A stretch of DNA of 63,413 nucleotides, filler included, from Octopus bimaculoides (GCF_001194135.2; 8 parts of 7 records of this genome joined end to end with filler, not necessarily neighbours in it); one strand, 5' to 3'. Positions 39,267 through 52,846 are shown, counted from the whole stretch's first letter. The notes: generated by a model not told the origin, from the sequence alone. Made by a program: numbers and translations.

Positions 39267-39421
39267 GGAGGAGGGAGAAGGCTTGAGAGAGAAGGAGAGA
39301 GCTAGAGAGAGAAAGGAGAGAAAGGNNNNNNNNNNNNNNNNNNNNNNNNNNNNNNNNNNNNNNNNNNNNNNNNNNNNNNNNNNNNNNNNNNNNNNNNNNN
39401 NNNNNNNNNNNNNNNNNNNNN

Positions 39422-39467
<46 letters not shown>

Positions 39468-40423
39468 TAGACAGACAAACAGACAGACAAACAGACAGAC
39501 AAACAGACATACTGACATACATGACAGAGAGATATGGGGAAACTGAGAAAAGGAAATTAAGAGCGAGTGAGAAAGGGAGAGAGATAGCAAGGCAGACAAA
39601 TACAGAGACAGAGAAAGAGAGAGAAGGCGACAGAGAGAGAGAGAGAGAGAGAGTTAAACAAACACACAGATAGATAGATAGANNNNNNNNNNNNNNNNNN
39701 NNNNNNNNNNNNNNNNNNNNNNNNNNNNNNNNNNNNNNNNNNNNNNNNNNNNNNNNNNNNNNNNNNNNNNNNNNNNNNNNNNNNNNNNNNNNNNNNNNNN
39801 NNNNNNNNNNNNNNNNNNNNNNNNNNNNNNNNNNNNNNNNNNNNNNNNNNNNNNNNNNNNNNNNNNNNNNNNNNNNNNNNNNNNNNNNNNNNNNNNNNNN
39901 NNNNNNNNNNNNNNNNNNNNNNNNNNNNNNNNNNNNNNNNNNNNNNNNNNNNNNNNNNNNNNNNNNNNNNNNNNNNNNNNNNNNNNNNNNAGACGGAGAG
40001 AGTGAGGGAGGCGGAGAGAAACAGTGAAAGCAATGGTTTAAAATCGCAAGAGAACGAACGCCTGGTTTGACGTTGAATCCTGACAAAAGGCATCGATGCC
40101 GTTGTCTCTCCCCGACCACTCCATTTTTCACTTGCTAGTCTTCCTACTTGCCCCCCACCAACCAGCCCGGTTCAAACATCTTATTGCACTTAACATAACG
40201 ATATCAGCCAGGCACACACCATTACTCTGATGCAGTTACCTTAATATCAGTTATCTAATCAAATAAAAAGCTCGGTTGGATTAATGATGGATTAAAAACT
40301 TACTAGAAAGCGATCCTCTCCAGTTTTATACAAACGCCATAGCGAGAGCCGTGTCACGTGATACACAAACGCAGACGAACAACATCACTTGCTCTCTCTC
40401 TCGGCTCAGTTTGAAAGCGATGG

Positions 40424-40453
40424 ATGAGATGGATGGATGGATGGAAGACGAGC

Positions 40454-40509
<56 letters not shown>

Positions 40510-40777
40510 CAATAACAATAACAACAACGTCTACAGTGACGACGATGAGAGTTACTGCTGGTGTTGGCTGGTAGTGGTAATGGTGGTGGTTTGGCGGAGA
40601 TGGGCGGAGGAGATTGAGGAGGAGATGGAAACGTGTACGAAATTAGCCATCTCCTTCCCAAAACCTCAGCTTTTTTTTTCTTTATTTTCCTCGCATGACG
40701 ACGACGGTGGCGATGTCGACAACGACGACGACGATGATGATGATGATAATGATGGTGGTGGATCATCATCATCGTCG

Positions 40778-40812
<35 letters not shown>

Positions 40813-41369
40813 GTCGTCGTCGTCGTCGTCATCATCATCCTCGGCAAGTACGGAGTTTTGGAAAGAGGGTGGTCGACGAAACATGCACGAAATAGTCCTG
40901 CCTCACCGCCTCTAGACCTCCTAATTCCTCATCTAACGATGCTGGAAATGGTGAAAACGATCGTCATCGTCATCGTCATCGTGACCGTCGTCGTCTTCGT
41001 CGTTGTCGTTGTCATTGTTGTCGTCATTATCTTCGTCGTCATTGTCATCATCGTCATCATCATCATCATCGTCATCATCATCATCCATCATCATCATCAT
41101 CGTCATCATCATTGTCATGATATTCATCATCGTCATCATCATCGTCATCATCATCATCATCATCATCGTCGTCGTCGTCTTCATCGTCGTCGTCGTCATC
41201 ATCATCTTCATCGTCCACGCCGTTGTCATCATGATCATCGTCATCATCATCATCGCCGTCGTCGTCTTCATCGTTGTCATGAGGATCATCGTCATCCTCA
41301 CCATCATCATCATCATCATCATCATCGTCATCCTCACCATCACCACCATCATCATCATCATCATCATCA
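40424..41369. repeat. Compound trinucleotide tracts (GAT/CAT/CGT/CAC)
   Basis: Similar tracts at 25936-26123, 29860-30095, 32140-32680, 50520-50860, 52790-53220 and 55930-56035. Confidence 0.9.
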
Positions 41370-41780
41370 NNNNNNNNNNNNNNNNNNNNNNNNNNNNNNN
41401 NNNNNNNNNNNNNTTAATTAATTAANNNNNNNNNNNNNNNNNNNNNNNNNNNNNNNNNNNNNNNNNNNNATATATATATATATATATATACATATATATA
41501 TTGATACATATAAATAGACATATATATATTTGTGTACGTGTATGGTTAAATGTATGCAAATATGATATATATGTGTGTTTGTGCGCGTGCATAAGCAAGT
41601 ATTAACATACACACGCATATATGCGCACGCATATATGCGCACGCATACATATATATATATACACTCATATATATATATAGACAGACAGACAGGCAGACAG
41701 ACAGGCAGACAGACAGGCAGACAGACGGACTGACATACAGAGAGGTGGATAGGTAGATAGACAGATAGATAGAGAGGTAC

Positions 41781-41868
<88 letters not shown>

Positions 41869-41981
41869 CAGACAGGTAGACAGATAGACAGATAGATAGA
41901 TAGATACACACATAGGTAAATAAATAGATAGATAGATGCATACATACATACATACATACATAACAGGAAATGCATCAAATA

Positions 41982-42047
41982 CGTAAACCTTCCTCAGTTA
42001 AAACATTTAATAATATTTTGAAATGTTTTAACTGAAGACGGTTTACG
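41982..42047. repeat. 66-nt hairpin (27-bp stem with 2 mismatches, 12-nt loop)
   Basis: CGTAAACCTTCCTCAGTTAAAACATTT / AAATGTTTTAACTGAAGACGGTTTACG. Confidence 0.85.
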
Positions 42048-42646
42048 AAATGGGTCCATTCCTGTTTAATATTACGCAAACCTGAAACGTGCGTATTAAA
42101 TAATTTCAAAATATTACTGCTTGGTTTAACTTCATTATTACAACTCATACGACTCGATATATGTACATGGTAGCATATCTATGTATATATATATATAATC
42201 GCTAGTAATTCGTACAAATTATACTATAGAACAAATGGGCGAAGAAAATACACAAAGTGTATGTAGGAAGATATATAAAATTTAGATATACTTAACAGGT
42301 TTCACTTTTCTATGGTTTTCAAAAGTGTACGATTTGAGGAACATAGAGATGTGTAGCAAACTGCATCATGTGTGTGTGTGTGTGTGTGTGTGCGTGTGTG
42401 TGTGTATGTGTGAGTGAGTGTCTGTGTGTTTGTGTCCGTGTGTTTATGCATGCATGCATGTATGTATGTATGTATGTATGCAGGCATTCATGTATGCATG
42501 TATAGACTGCTTGAAATGCTGTACAGATTTTATATATTTAGATTTTAAAAATAGTGACGATTTGGGTAAAAACTATTCGTTTAGCGCTTTTGTCCCTTTC
42601 AGGGATTCATCAGGAGCGATTTCTTACAGAAAATTCATGCCTTTTG

Positions 42647-42679
<33 letters not shown>

Positions 42680-43489
42680 GCGTATATATATATATATATA
42701 TATATATNNNNNNNNNNNNNNNNNNNNNNNNNNNNNNNNNNNNNNNNNNNNNNNNNNNNNNNNNNNNNNNNNNNNNNNNNNNNNNNNNNNNNNNNNNNNN
42801 NNNNNNNNNNNNNNNNNNNNNNNNNNNNNNNNNNNNNNNNNNNNNNNNNNNNNNNNNNNNNNNNNNNNNNNNNNNNNNNNNNNNNNNNNNNNNNNNNNNN
42901 NNNNNNNNNNNNNNNNNNNNNNNNNNNNNNNNNNNNNNNNNNNNNNNNNNNNNNNNNNNNNNNNNNNNNNNNNNNNNNNNNNNNNNNNNNNNNNNNNNNN
43001 NNNNNNNNNNNNNNNNNNNNNNNNNNNNNNNNNNNNNNNNNNNNNNNNNNNNNNNNNNNNNNNNNNNNNNNNNNNNNNNNNNNNNNNNNNNNNNNNNNNN
43101 NNNNNNNNNNNNNNNNNNNNNNNNNNNNNNNNNNNNNNNNNNNNNNNNNNNNNNNNNNNNNNNNNNNNNNNNNNNNNNNNNNNNNNNNNNNNNNNNNNNN
43201 NNNNNNNNNNNNNNNNNNNNNNNNNNNNNNNNNNNNNNNNNNNNNNNNNNNNNNNNNNNNNNNNNNNNNNNNNNNNNNTATATATATATCCCTTGTTTAC
43301 AATTAACACGGAAAAATAGATATTAGTCTGTTAAATAAGAATCCAATTACTGAAAATAATAACATTAATTTAGCTAATACTAACCATTCCCCTAGAAATA
43401 TTAACAAGATTATTGTCTCTGAAGTCAATTCCAACAGAATTACGTTTATGTCTATTAATTCTAAAACTAAAGACTGTATATACCAGTGT

Positions 43490-44110
43490 ATATACCAGGG
43501 CATCGACATGCATCTTTCCAGATACACATTACCATGTTGGCAATAAAATGCCTGGCCGGGTGGATCCTTCGAACTTTCAAAATAAGAGGAAAGGAAGCCA
43601 TGATGGTTCTGTGGAGGACTTTCGTTCTCAGCCATCTGAATTACTGCTCCCAATTGTGGTCGCCAAACAGTGTAAAACTGATGACAGAACTCGAAGCTAT
43701 CCAGCGAAGCTACACAAAGGAGATCTATACAATGCGACATCTTAGCTACTGAAGGAGAGGTCACTCCTTGGAGCGAAGGCGAGAAAGATACGCAGTAATA
43801 TACATCTGGAAAGTCCTAGAGAAACTTGTTCCAAACTTTGGCATTGTCACTTTAACAAACAGCAGGGCAGTACATGATAATAAAGGTCCCAACATTACCA
43901 TCAGGATACTATAACAGCTTAGGCTTCAAACGCCCACAGCTCTTCGATATCCTACCACAAAGCCTGAGAGAGCTGCAAAGCGTGAATGTAGGCTTTTCTC
44001 GAAACAAAACTAGATCTCTTTCTATCACGGCAAGAAACCTACCACAGGGCAAGAACCTACCTCAAGGCAAGAAACACAGATGAGGGCAGCAAAGTGAAAC
44101 TCATTCATCC
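43490..44110 (+). mobile_element. CR1/L2-like LINE ORF2 3' remnant
   Basis: LAGWILRTF..FVLSHLNYCSQLWSP..LEAIQRSYTK..LERRRERYAVIYIWK, a typical CR1-group C-terminus; frameshifted. Confidence 0.8.
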
Positions 44111-44225
44111 ACCAAATGACACACATCAGAAGAGGTATAGTAAAAGTGTAGCAAAGTAAACGGTGATACTCCAGCTTGGCAGCAGTCATTGGACTGAAAT
44201 TTAGAGAGAAAAAATATACATTTAT

Positions 44226-44265
<40 letters not shown>

Positions 44266-44352
44266 TACATGATACATACATATATATATACATAAATATA
44301 TATATATACATATATACATGAATATATATACACATAAATGTATATATACACA

Positions 44353-44494
44353 TAAATAAAATATCAAAATATAAGAGTTTAAATATGTATATAGAAATAT
44401 ATATATATTAAATATACATATACATATATGTATATTTAATATATATATATTTCTATATACATATTTAAACTCTTATATTTTGATATTTTATTTA
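44353..44494. repeat. Perfect AT-rich palindrome (70-bp arms, 2-nt centre)
   Basis: 44353-44422 is the exact reverse complement of 44425-44494. Confidence 0.9.
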
Positions 44495-44939
44495 GTTATT
44501 CAATATTTAATATATTAACATTTATTTTCAACACTTACTAAGATTTATGTTTTTTTAATTCTTGTTAGCATTTTAAATGTATAAATAATTTAAATAATAT
44601 TAAATATATGAATAATTATAAGAGATTAACATAGATAGAGGTGCACGTCAATACTTTTACAATATGCAGCTGTTTACTGAGCTATATTATCATTTGCTTG
44701 ACTCTAGCGTAGTTTTATAGTCCCCTAGTTAACCATTTGAGTGTATAATTAAATTTAATGGTCATTTTCATAATGAGTTTAATTATCCATCAAAAAATAT
44801 AATTGATATTTTCAGCTTCTGTGAAACTTTTTCTGTATCTCCTGCAGCTGTGAATTTCATTTATTTTTTTTTCCTTTATCCGTTTCATCTCAAGACTTGG
44901 GGGCCATACTGGGACACCGCCGCTATCTTTGCTACTTTT

Positions 44940-45170
44940 AACTATTGAAAAATCTTCCGACATGTAACATTTGGTGAGAGAAGGCGTTTGATGTTGCTGC
45001 CCTCATCGGTGTTTTCTGCAGCGAAGGGGTTTCATCCGGAATTCTTGACAGGAAAAAATCGAGCTCTATTTTGAAGACACCTATATTCACCTCATGTAGG
45101 TCACTCAGGCTTTTTTGTTCTTTTTTTCCCTTTTGCGGGGGGAGTTGTGGGCCCTTGAAACCTTGCGTGG
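44940..45170 (-). mobile_element. CR1/L2-like LINE extreme 3' end, opposite orientation
   Basis: GFKGPQL..KSLSDLHEVNIGVFKIELDFFLSRIPDE..MRAA, homologous to 43920-44095. Confidence 0.7.
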
Positions 45171-45207
45171 CGTTCAATCATATAATAATATAAATAATAT
45201 ATATAGT

Positions 45208-45255
<48 letters not shown>

Positions 45256-46681
45256 GGCATACATACATACGTATATGTACATACTTACATGTATACGTAT
45301 ATACATATGCATATGTGGGCACATGACGTCACAAAATGTAAAAAACAACAACTACGAAGTACGAGGACATGGAATGTGAACTTTTCTTGCGAGCAACGAA
45401 AGAAACAAATGGAAAACAAGACAAACGACACTTCATCAGTTGTCGGCAGTTTTTCTTATCCGTATTTCGAGCATCTCACGACAAGATGCGCCTTCGATAA
45501 AGCACTTGCTCCCGCGAAGCAAATTAAATAAAATTTGGGATTTTGCGGAAGGTCAAACAGAAATGAAAACAAACAGGAAGGGCTGCTAAGCCAAAACGAG
45601 GTTGACGTGGTGAACGCGAAGAAACAAGCTTGAACAGAAGACAACAGACATATATATATATATATATANNNNNNNNNNNNNNNNNNNNNNNNNNNNNNNN
45701 NNNNNNNNNNNNNNNNNNNNNNNNNNNNNNNNNNNNNNNNNNNNNNNNNNNNNNNNNNNNNNNNNNNNNNNNNNNNNNNNNNNNNNNNNNNNNNNNNNNN
45801 NNNNNNNNNNNNNNNNNNNNNNNNNNNNNNNNNNNNNNNNNNNNNNNNNNNNNNNNNNNNNNNNNNNNNNNNNNNNNNNNNNNNNNNNNNNNNNNNNNNN
45901 NNNNNNNNNNNNNNNNNNNNNNNNNNNNNNNNNNNNNNNNNNNNNNNNNNNNNNNNNNNNNNNNNNNNNNNNNNNNNNNNNNNNNNNNNNNNNNNNNNNN
46001 NNNNNNNNNNNNNNNNNNNNNNNNNNNNNNNNNNNNNNNNNNNNNNNNNNNNNNNNNNNNNNNNNNNNNNNNNNNNNNNNNNNNNNNNNNNNNNNNNNNN
46101 NNNNNNNNNNNNNNNNNNNNNNNNNNNNNNNNNNNNNNNNNNNNNNNNNNNNNNNNNNNNNNNNNNNNNNNNNNNNNNNNNNNNNNNNNNNNNNNNNNNN
46201 NNNNNNNNNNNNNNNNNNNNNNNNNNNNNNNNNNNNNNNNNNNNNNNNNNNNNNNNNNNNNNNNNNNNNNNNNNNNNNNNNNNNNNNNNNNNNNNNNNNN
46301 NNNNNNNNNNNNNNNNNNNNNNNNNNNNNNNNNNNNNNNNNNNNNNNNNNNNNNNNNNNNNNNNNNNNNNNNNNNNNNNNNNNNNNNNNNNNNNNNNNNN
46401 NNNNNNNNNNNNNNNNNNNNNNNNNNNNNNNNNNNNNNNNNNNNNNNNNNNNNNNNNNNNNNNNNNNNNNNNNNNNNNNNNNNNNNNNNNNNNNNNNNNN
46501 NNNNNNNNNNNNNNNNNNNNNNNNNNNNNNNNNNNNNNNNNNNNNNNNNNNNNNNNNNNNNNNNNNNNNNNNNNNNNNNNNNNNNNNNNNNNNNNNNNNN
46601 NNNNNNNNNNNNNNNATACACATACATTTATACATATATATATACATGTACGCAAATGTATCTGGATATGCACAAGTGTGA

Positions 46682-46725
<44 letters not shown>

Positions 46726-47231
46726 ATTAACATGTGACATTCAATGCATTTATAAATGTGCGTGCGTGTGTGTGTGCGTGCGTGTGTGTGTGTGTGTTAA
46801 GCAGACGCACATCGAAACAGGATCGCACGCATCAAGACTCACAAACTAATCTAGCAGTCTCCGTTCAAACGCACGCAGGCGCAACACACAGAGGTACCCA
46901 GCGAAACAGAAATACACTCGCACGCACACACTCCAATACCAATACACACATACGTATACCATTCTCTATGTGAATGTGTATGTATCTATCTAGATGTACA
47001 ACCATGGGAATATTGTCACGGTTCTCTGATATAAACTTGTATGTATGAGTCCCTCTCTCTCACCCTCATTCTCTCTCACTCTCAATTTTTCCTACAAATA
47101 TATATCCATATATGCATATATATATATATANNNNNNNNNNNNNNNNNNNNNNNNNNNNNNNNNNNNNNNNNNNNTTAATTAATTAANNNNNNNNNNNNNN
47201 NNNNNNNNNNNNNNNNNNNNNNNNNNNNNNT

Positions 47232-47264
47232 CTGTTGAAGAGCGTAGCTCGAAACGTCAAAGAC
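47232..47264 (+). ncRNA. Minimal hammerhead-like motif (variant core)
   Basis: CTGTTGA-A-GAGC gta GCTC-GAAACGTC-AAAGAC: perfect 4-bp stem II and GUC triplet. A6 is replaced by T, and the 5' strand of stem I is hidden in the N gap. Confidence 0.5.
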
Positions 47265-47707
47265 TTTCCGTATTCCCGAGCGTCATACTAATATATACTT
47301 TTGTTATTTACACCACCTGTCCTCGTCTGTTGTTATTATTTGTATATTCTCCCATATATATATATATATATATATATATCCACTACATCTTATAGCAGAA
47401 ACAGCTGTAAGCTTATGAAGTTCATAAGATAACTGCTTATTCCTTTGTCACCTTGTCATACACACACACACACAAACATACTCACAAATACACATACACA
47501 CATGCACACACACATACACACGAAGGACTTGTTATACAATAACACTGCAAATGATATTTCCATAATTCTTGATTTTAATATGTATTTTGAGTAACATACA
47601 GCAGCAACTGAGACTACATGAGATTGTAATTATGGAACAAGCAGATGAGTTTCAAGAGGACACAGCTAGGATGTACCCTGACTACCTGCATAATCTATAC
47701 ACAGACA

Positions 47708-47764
<57 letters not shown>

Positions 47765-47874
47765 TTTTATATATAGATAGATATATATTATGTGGTAATG
47801 TTTCAACAACTAGAAAAACACTCAACCAACTAAGAGAGTAAAGAAAATCTTATAAAAAAAGGCACAAATCTTGC

Positions 47875-48046
47875 AAATACAGCCATCCTGTGTTTCCTGG
47901 TTGAAATAATAATTGTCTTCTTTACCAGAATCCCTTGTTTAAAGGTTTTCTGCTCAAAAGACAACTGACAAACCATCTTGTTTTCAGCTTGATAAATAGC
48001 AGAATAAATTATTATTTCAACAAGGAAACCCTGGGTAGCCGTTTTT
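47875..48046. mobile_element. MITE-like element with ~40-bp imperfect TIRs
   Basis: GTTTCCTGGTTGAAATAATAATT / AATTATTATTTCAACAAGGAAAC. Confidence 0.6.
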
Positions 48047-48102
48047 ACAGGATTTGTGGTTTTTTACTATAAGATTATACATACATATATATACACACAT
48101 AT

Positions 48103-48217
48103 ATTTGATTAATGAGAGAGAGAGGGAAGATACTAAATGCTAAATGGGTCAAAACAATTGTAGTGATTAATAAACATTCTCGTATCTTCCATCTTCTGTC
48201 TCTCTCATTAATCAAAT
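48103..48217. mobile_element. Small MITE-like inverted repeat
   Basis: Perfect 18-bp TIR ATTTGATTAATGAGAGAG plus an inner GGAAGATAC/GTATCTTCC pair. Confidence 0.6.
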
Positions 48218-48509
48218 GCTCAATGAACACTTTAAAAGTGAACACGTTTTACTGGTAAGCTACCAGGTACATACCATGATTCATTATCTAATATATATAT
48301 ATAATAATATATATATATTCATTATCTAATATATATATATATATTCATTATCTAATATATATATATATATATATTGGCGTTAGGAAGGGCATCCAGCTGT
48401 AGAAACTCTGCCAAATCAGATTGGAGCCTGGTGTTGCCATCCGGTTTCACCAGTCCTCAGTCAAATCGTCCAACCCATGCTAGCATGGAAAGCGGACGTT
48501 AAACGATGA

Positions 48510-48548
<39 letters not shown>

Positions 48549-49248
48549 TATGTATTTATATATATATGTATATGCATGTATTTACCAGAGTAAGCACACA
48601 TATATACATATATATATACACAAACACACATCCTCACATGTATATACATGTGTCTAGGTATGTGTGCGTGTGTGTGTATGTTTATGTGTCTTTAGTGTTA
48701 CTGGTGTTATCAACATCTCCTAAGTATCCTTCCTGTGAGTTGAAACTTCAGGTTAACACAAATGCCAACATCTCTGATAAAAACTACAAACATCAAAGCC
48801 CTAGTCACTACCACAATTCCCTTTACAACAGTTAAACCTATTGATCTCTCCTCTCCTATTGTCAAATAGTTACCAAGGTATATTGCAGCTGGTTTCCCTT
48901 GGATTCAGGATTCTGCTTTGTCAGTTTAGAAACTCTGCTGTTGAACAGTAAAGAAGATCAATTGGACAGTAAAAACATCCCCCTCCTTGGGGAAACCATC
49001 AGAGGAAATTGCTGTATTGATTACTATAAGCATGTCTCATAAGACAAATACAAGCAGCTTGTCCCTCAGGTATAGTTGTTAAGATATTGATAGCTTTAAG
49101 CATATGGTCACTCAGCCCCTATTTACTTGTTTATTTAACAATTAACTGATTCATACGCCTGAAGGGGTTTGTATAAGGACCAAGATGTTTGTGTTTTTGA
49201 TATTGTGTGGATTCTTCAGAAACCTGATGTGTGAGTAAACATATGTGT

Positions 49249-49341
<93 letters not shown>

Positions 49342-49726
49342 TATAAGTATGCATGTATGTGTATGTAAGTTTGTGTACGTGTATCTGTGTGAATGTTTAC
49401 ATTGCATGTCTTTGCATGAAATGCTTTGAGAGAAAAAACAAAAGTGAAAGAGTGATGGCTAGTGGACCTTCCCTGCTAACAGACTCTCCAAAAGCTTTGC
49501 ACTTATGAAGATGAAATGGAATTAAAAAAAAAAAAACAAGGAAAACCTTTACTTGCAAAACAGGTTAGGTTTAGTGACAGGAAGGGTACCTGTCCGTAAA
49601 AACATCTGAATGCATGCTAATCCAGCCCATGATAGCAGGGGAAACTGAACATAAAAAAAACACAAATCAACACATACACACACGCACACACATACACATG
49701 CACACACACACACACATGCACACACA

Positions 49727-49766
<40 letters not shown>

Positions 49767-50139
49767 AGGGGCAATTATGTGGATAAACAAATTAGATATA
49801 TTAAATATAATAGTTTTTGTTTGAACATGTATACATGCAAAAGGAGAGAAAGCATAAAGTGGAGACTTTCAGACGATGAATATTTAAGTCTAAATATATA
49901 GACATTTATATTAGTAAATGTCTATACAGAGCACAAACGATAAAGAAAATTAAAGGGGTAGAAAAGGGGTGTTATAAGTCCAACGGCTGTTTCTGGGGGG
50001 TCTGCAGATGTAGTTCATTTCAATCTGCAGTTGTAATGGAAACAATCAACATTGGATAAGACGAGCATCTGTTATCAGGGTAGAGAAGGTCTTACATTTC
50101 AGATCTTAATGCAGAGAAGTTCAAAGACGGAATGATTAG

Positions 50140-50170
<31 letters not shown>

Positions 50171-50171
50171 A

Positions 50172-50512
50172 CTAACTAGTATCTGGCACTCCATCACATA
50201 TGGTGACGAGGGTTCCAGTTGACCTGATCAATGGAACAGCCTGCTCGTGAAATTAATGTGCAAGTGGCTGAGCACTCCACAGACACATGTTCCTTTAACG
50301 TAGTTCTCCGAGCGATTCAGTTTGACGAAGAATGTGATATGGCTGGCCCCTTTTTAAATACAGTTACTATTCATTTCAGGCAGCTGAGTGGACTGGAAAA
50401 AAGATGAAATAAAGTGTCTCGCTCAAGGAGACAATGCACAGCGAGGAATCGAACTCACGACCTTATGATCTTGAGCCAAATACCCCAAACCACTAAGCCA
50501 CGTACCTTCACA
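50172..50512 (-). mobile_element. SINE family D (tRNA-like head, CTTGAGCAAGACAC-type core)
   Basis: Full-length minus copy. Others at 4645-4717 (head only), 7690-7810(+, 3' part), 12440-12500, 24225-24452, 34462-34545 and 58880-59200. Confidence 0.8.
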
Positions 50513-50787
50513 TATGTACATGCACATCATCATCATTATCATCCTTATCTTCATCATCATTGCCTTTGTTGTCGTCATCGCTGTCATTGTCATCATCATC
50601 ATCGTCGTCTTCATTGTCAGTGTCATCTTCATCACCATCATCTTCTTCATTATTGTTGCCATCGTCATCATCATCATCATCATCTTCTTCGTTGACATTG
50701 TTGTTGTCGTCATCATCATCATCATCATCATCATTATTTTCATCATCATTATTGTCTACATTGTCAGCATCACCACTGTCATTGTAG

Positions 50788-50836
<49 letters not shown>

Positions 50837-51133
50837 TGCCCTCGTCATGATCATGATTGTTTAAGGACTATGTTCCATACTGGCATGGATCAGACGGTTT
50901 GAAAGGGTGGGATGGGTCTAAGGACCACATCATATCCCAATGTCTACTTTGGAATGGTTTCTATTGCTTGATGCCCTTCCTAATGCCAACCACTTTATAG
51001 AGTGTACAGGCTACTTTTGTGTGTGTGTGTGTGTTGAAGTCACCAAGTACAAGACAAGACCCCCTCACCTGAGATGAGACAGAAAATAGCGATGAGGAAA
51101 CTAGTTGGCCTACAAGGCATGAGTTAAGCAGGA

Positions 51134-51638
51134 ATGGATGGACACACACACGCACACACACACACACACACACACATGTATATATGCATACATATACATG
51201 TACATACTTACACACGCGTGCGCGCGCACACACACACATGTATATATGCATACATATATATGTACATACTTACACACACACACACACTCACACAGACATG
51301 CAGAAATTGCCGAACACAGATGCACACACAAACACACATCTGCACATATATCCATGCACACACACACACACATGCAGATATCCAGACATACATCCGTTCA
51401 TATACACCCACACTACACACTCACAGAGCTGCATGCAGACATCTGCACATACACACACACACAAACACACATTTGCAGACATCTGCTCATATACACCCAC
51501 ACGACACACAGAGACGCATGCAGACATCTACACACACACACACACACACATGCAGACATACACACACACACATGCAGACATCTACATATACATCCACTCA
51601 TATACACCCACACCACACACAGAGACACATGCAGACAT

Positions 51639-51675
<37 letters not shown>

Positions 51676-51725
51676 GACATCTGTACATACATGCACACTC
51701 AACACAAACATGCATACATGCATAT
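51134..51725. repeat. Degenerate (CA)-based minisatellite (unit ~CACACATGCAGACATCT)
   Basis: Recurrent ATGCAGACATCT separated by (CA)n. Confidence 0.85.
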
Positions 51726-52159
51726 TAGCAAAATACCTTAACCATCCAGTAATTTCTACTTAATCCAGTCTCACAAATAAACATTCTTCATACTGAATCC
51801 TTTTACTTTCAAACAGTCCTCAGTTAAGTTAATCAAAGTTAATTATGCTAAATTAGATAAAACAAAAGGCTTTCGTTTTTTACCTGCATCTTTCACAAAT
51901 ACTTGGTAAATGTATTCTTTCATTAGAAGCCTGTGAAAAGGAATTAAAGAAACTAATAATAATGATTTCTTTAATGAGCACAAAGGATTTACATTAAAGG
52001 AAAAACATTATGGTCAGTACAGTACAAAAAGAAGTGTGTATGTGCGTGTGTATGTGCGTGTGTATGTGTGTGTGAGTGTGTGTTGGAGTGAGGGTTTTGC
52101 ATGTAAACAGGTTTAACATAATAGACAAGAAAAACAAAAAACATTTTAACAATGGCGCA

Positions 52160-52470
52160 GGAGTGGCTGTTGTGGTAAGTAGCTTGCTTACCAACCACAT
52201 GGTTCTGGGTTCAGTCCCACTGCGTGGCACCTTGGGCAAGTGTCTTCTACTATAGCCTCGGACCGACCAAAGCCTTGTGAGTGGATTTGGTAGGCGGAAA
52301 CTGAAAGAAGCCTGTCATATATATGTATATACCAATAGGCCAATAGAATAAGTACTAGGCTTACAAAGAATAAGTCCTGGGGTCGATTTGCTCGACTAAA
52401 GGCAGTGCTCCAGCATGGCTGCAGTCAAATGACTGAAACAAGTAAAAGAGTAAAGAGTAAAGAGTAATGT
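52160..52470 (+). mobile_element. SINE family B
   Basis: Full length; tail GAGTAAA repeated. Confidence 0.88.
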
Positions 52471-52559
52471 ATAATCTTCAATAGAGAGGAAACGCTCAAG
52501 GGTTACTCATGGAAAAACTCCATAAACCACGAGTGCCCTGACTTCTAATAATGATAACT

Positions 52560-52772
52560 TCAAATTTTAGCAAACGGCTAGCAATTTTGGAGAGAGGGAA
52601 TAAGTCGATTACATCGACCCCAGTACGCAGCTGGTACTTACTTTATCGACCACGAAATAACGAAAGGCAAAGTTGGCTTAGGTAGAATTTGAACTCAGAA
52701 CGTAAAGACGGATAAAATTCTGCTAAGCATTTTTTGCCAAGTGAGCTAACAATTCTGCCCGCTCGCTGCTTT
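52560..52772 (-). mobile_element. SINE family A
   Basis: Flanked by AAT/TAC repeats. Further partial copies at ~15930, ~16790 and ~30810. Confidence 0.8.
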
Positions 52773-52801
52773 AATACTACTACTACTACTACTACTACTA
52801 C

Positions 52802-52846
<45 letters not shown>

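Noticed and set aside
42032-42057. CTGAAGA..GAAA..GTC inside the 42-kb hairpin
   Set aside because: Stem II cannot form properly and there is no stem I; the sequence is explained by the hairpin arm.
6585-46740. Long ORFs containing X runs
   Set aside because: They are open only because N codons are not stops.
48441-48460. CTGAGGA-CTGGT-GAAAC on the minus strand of family C copies
   Set aside because: Only 5 nt between the core halves with no stem II, no NUH/stem I, and other copies lack GAAA.
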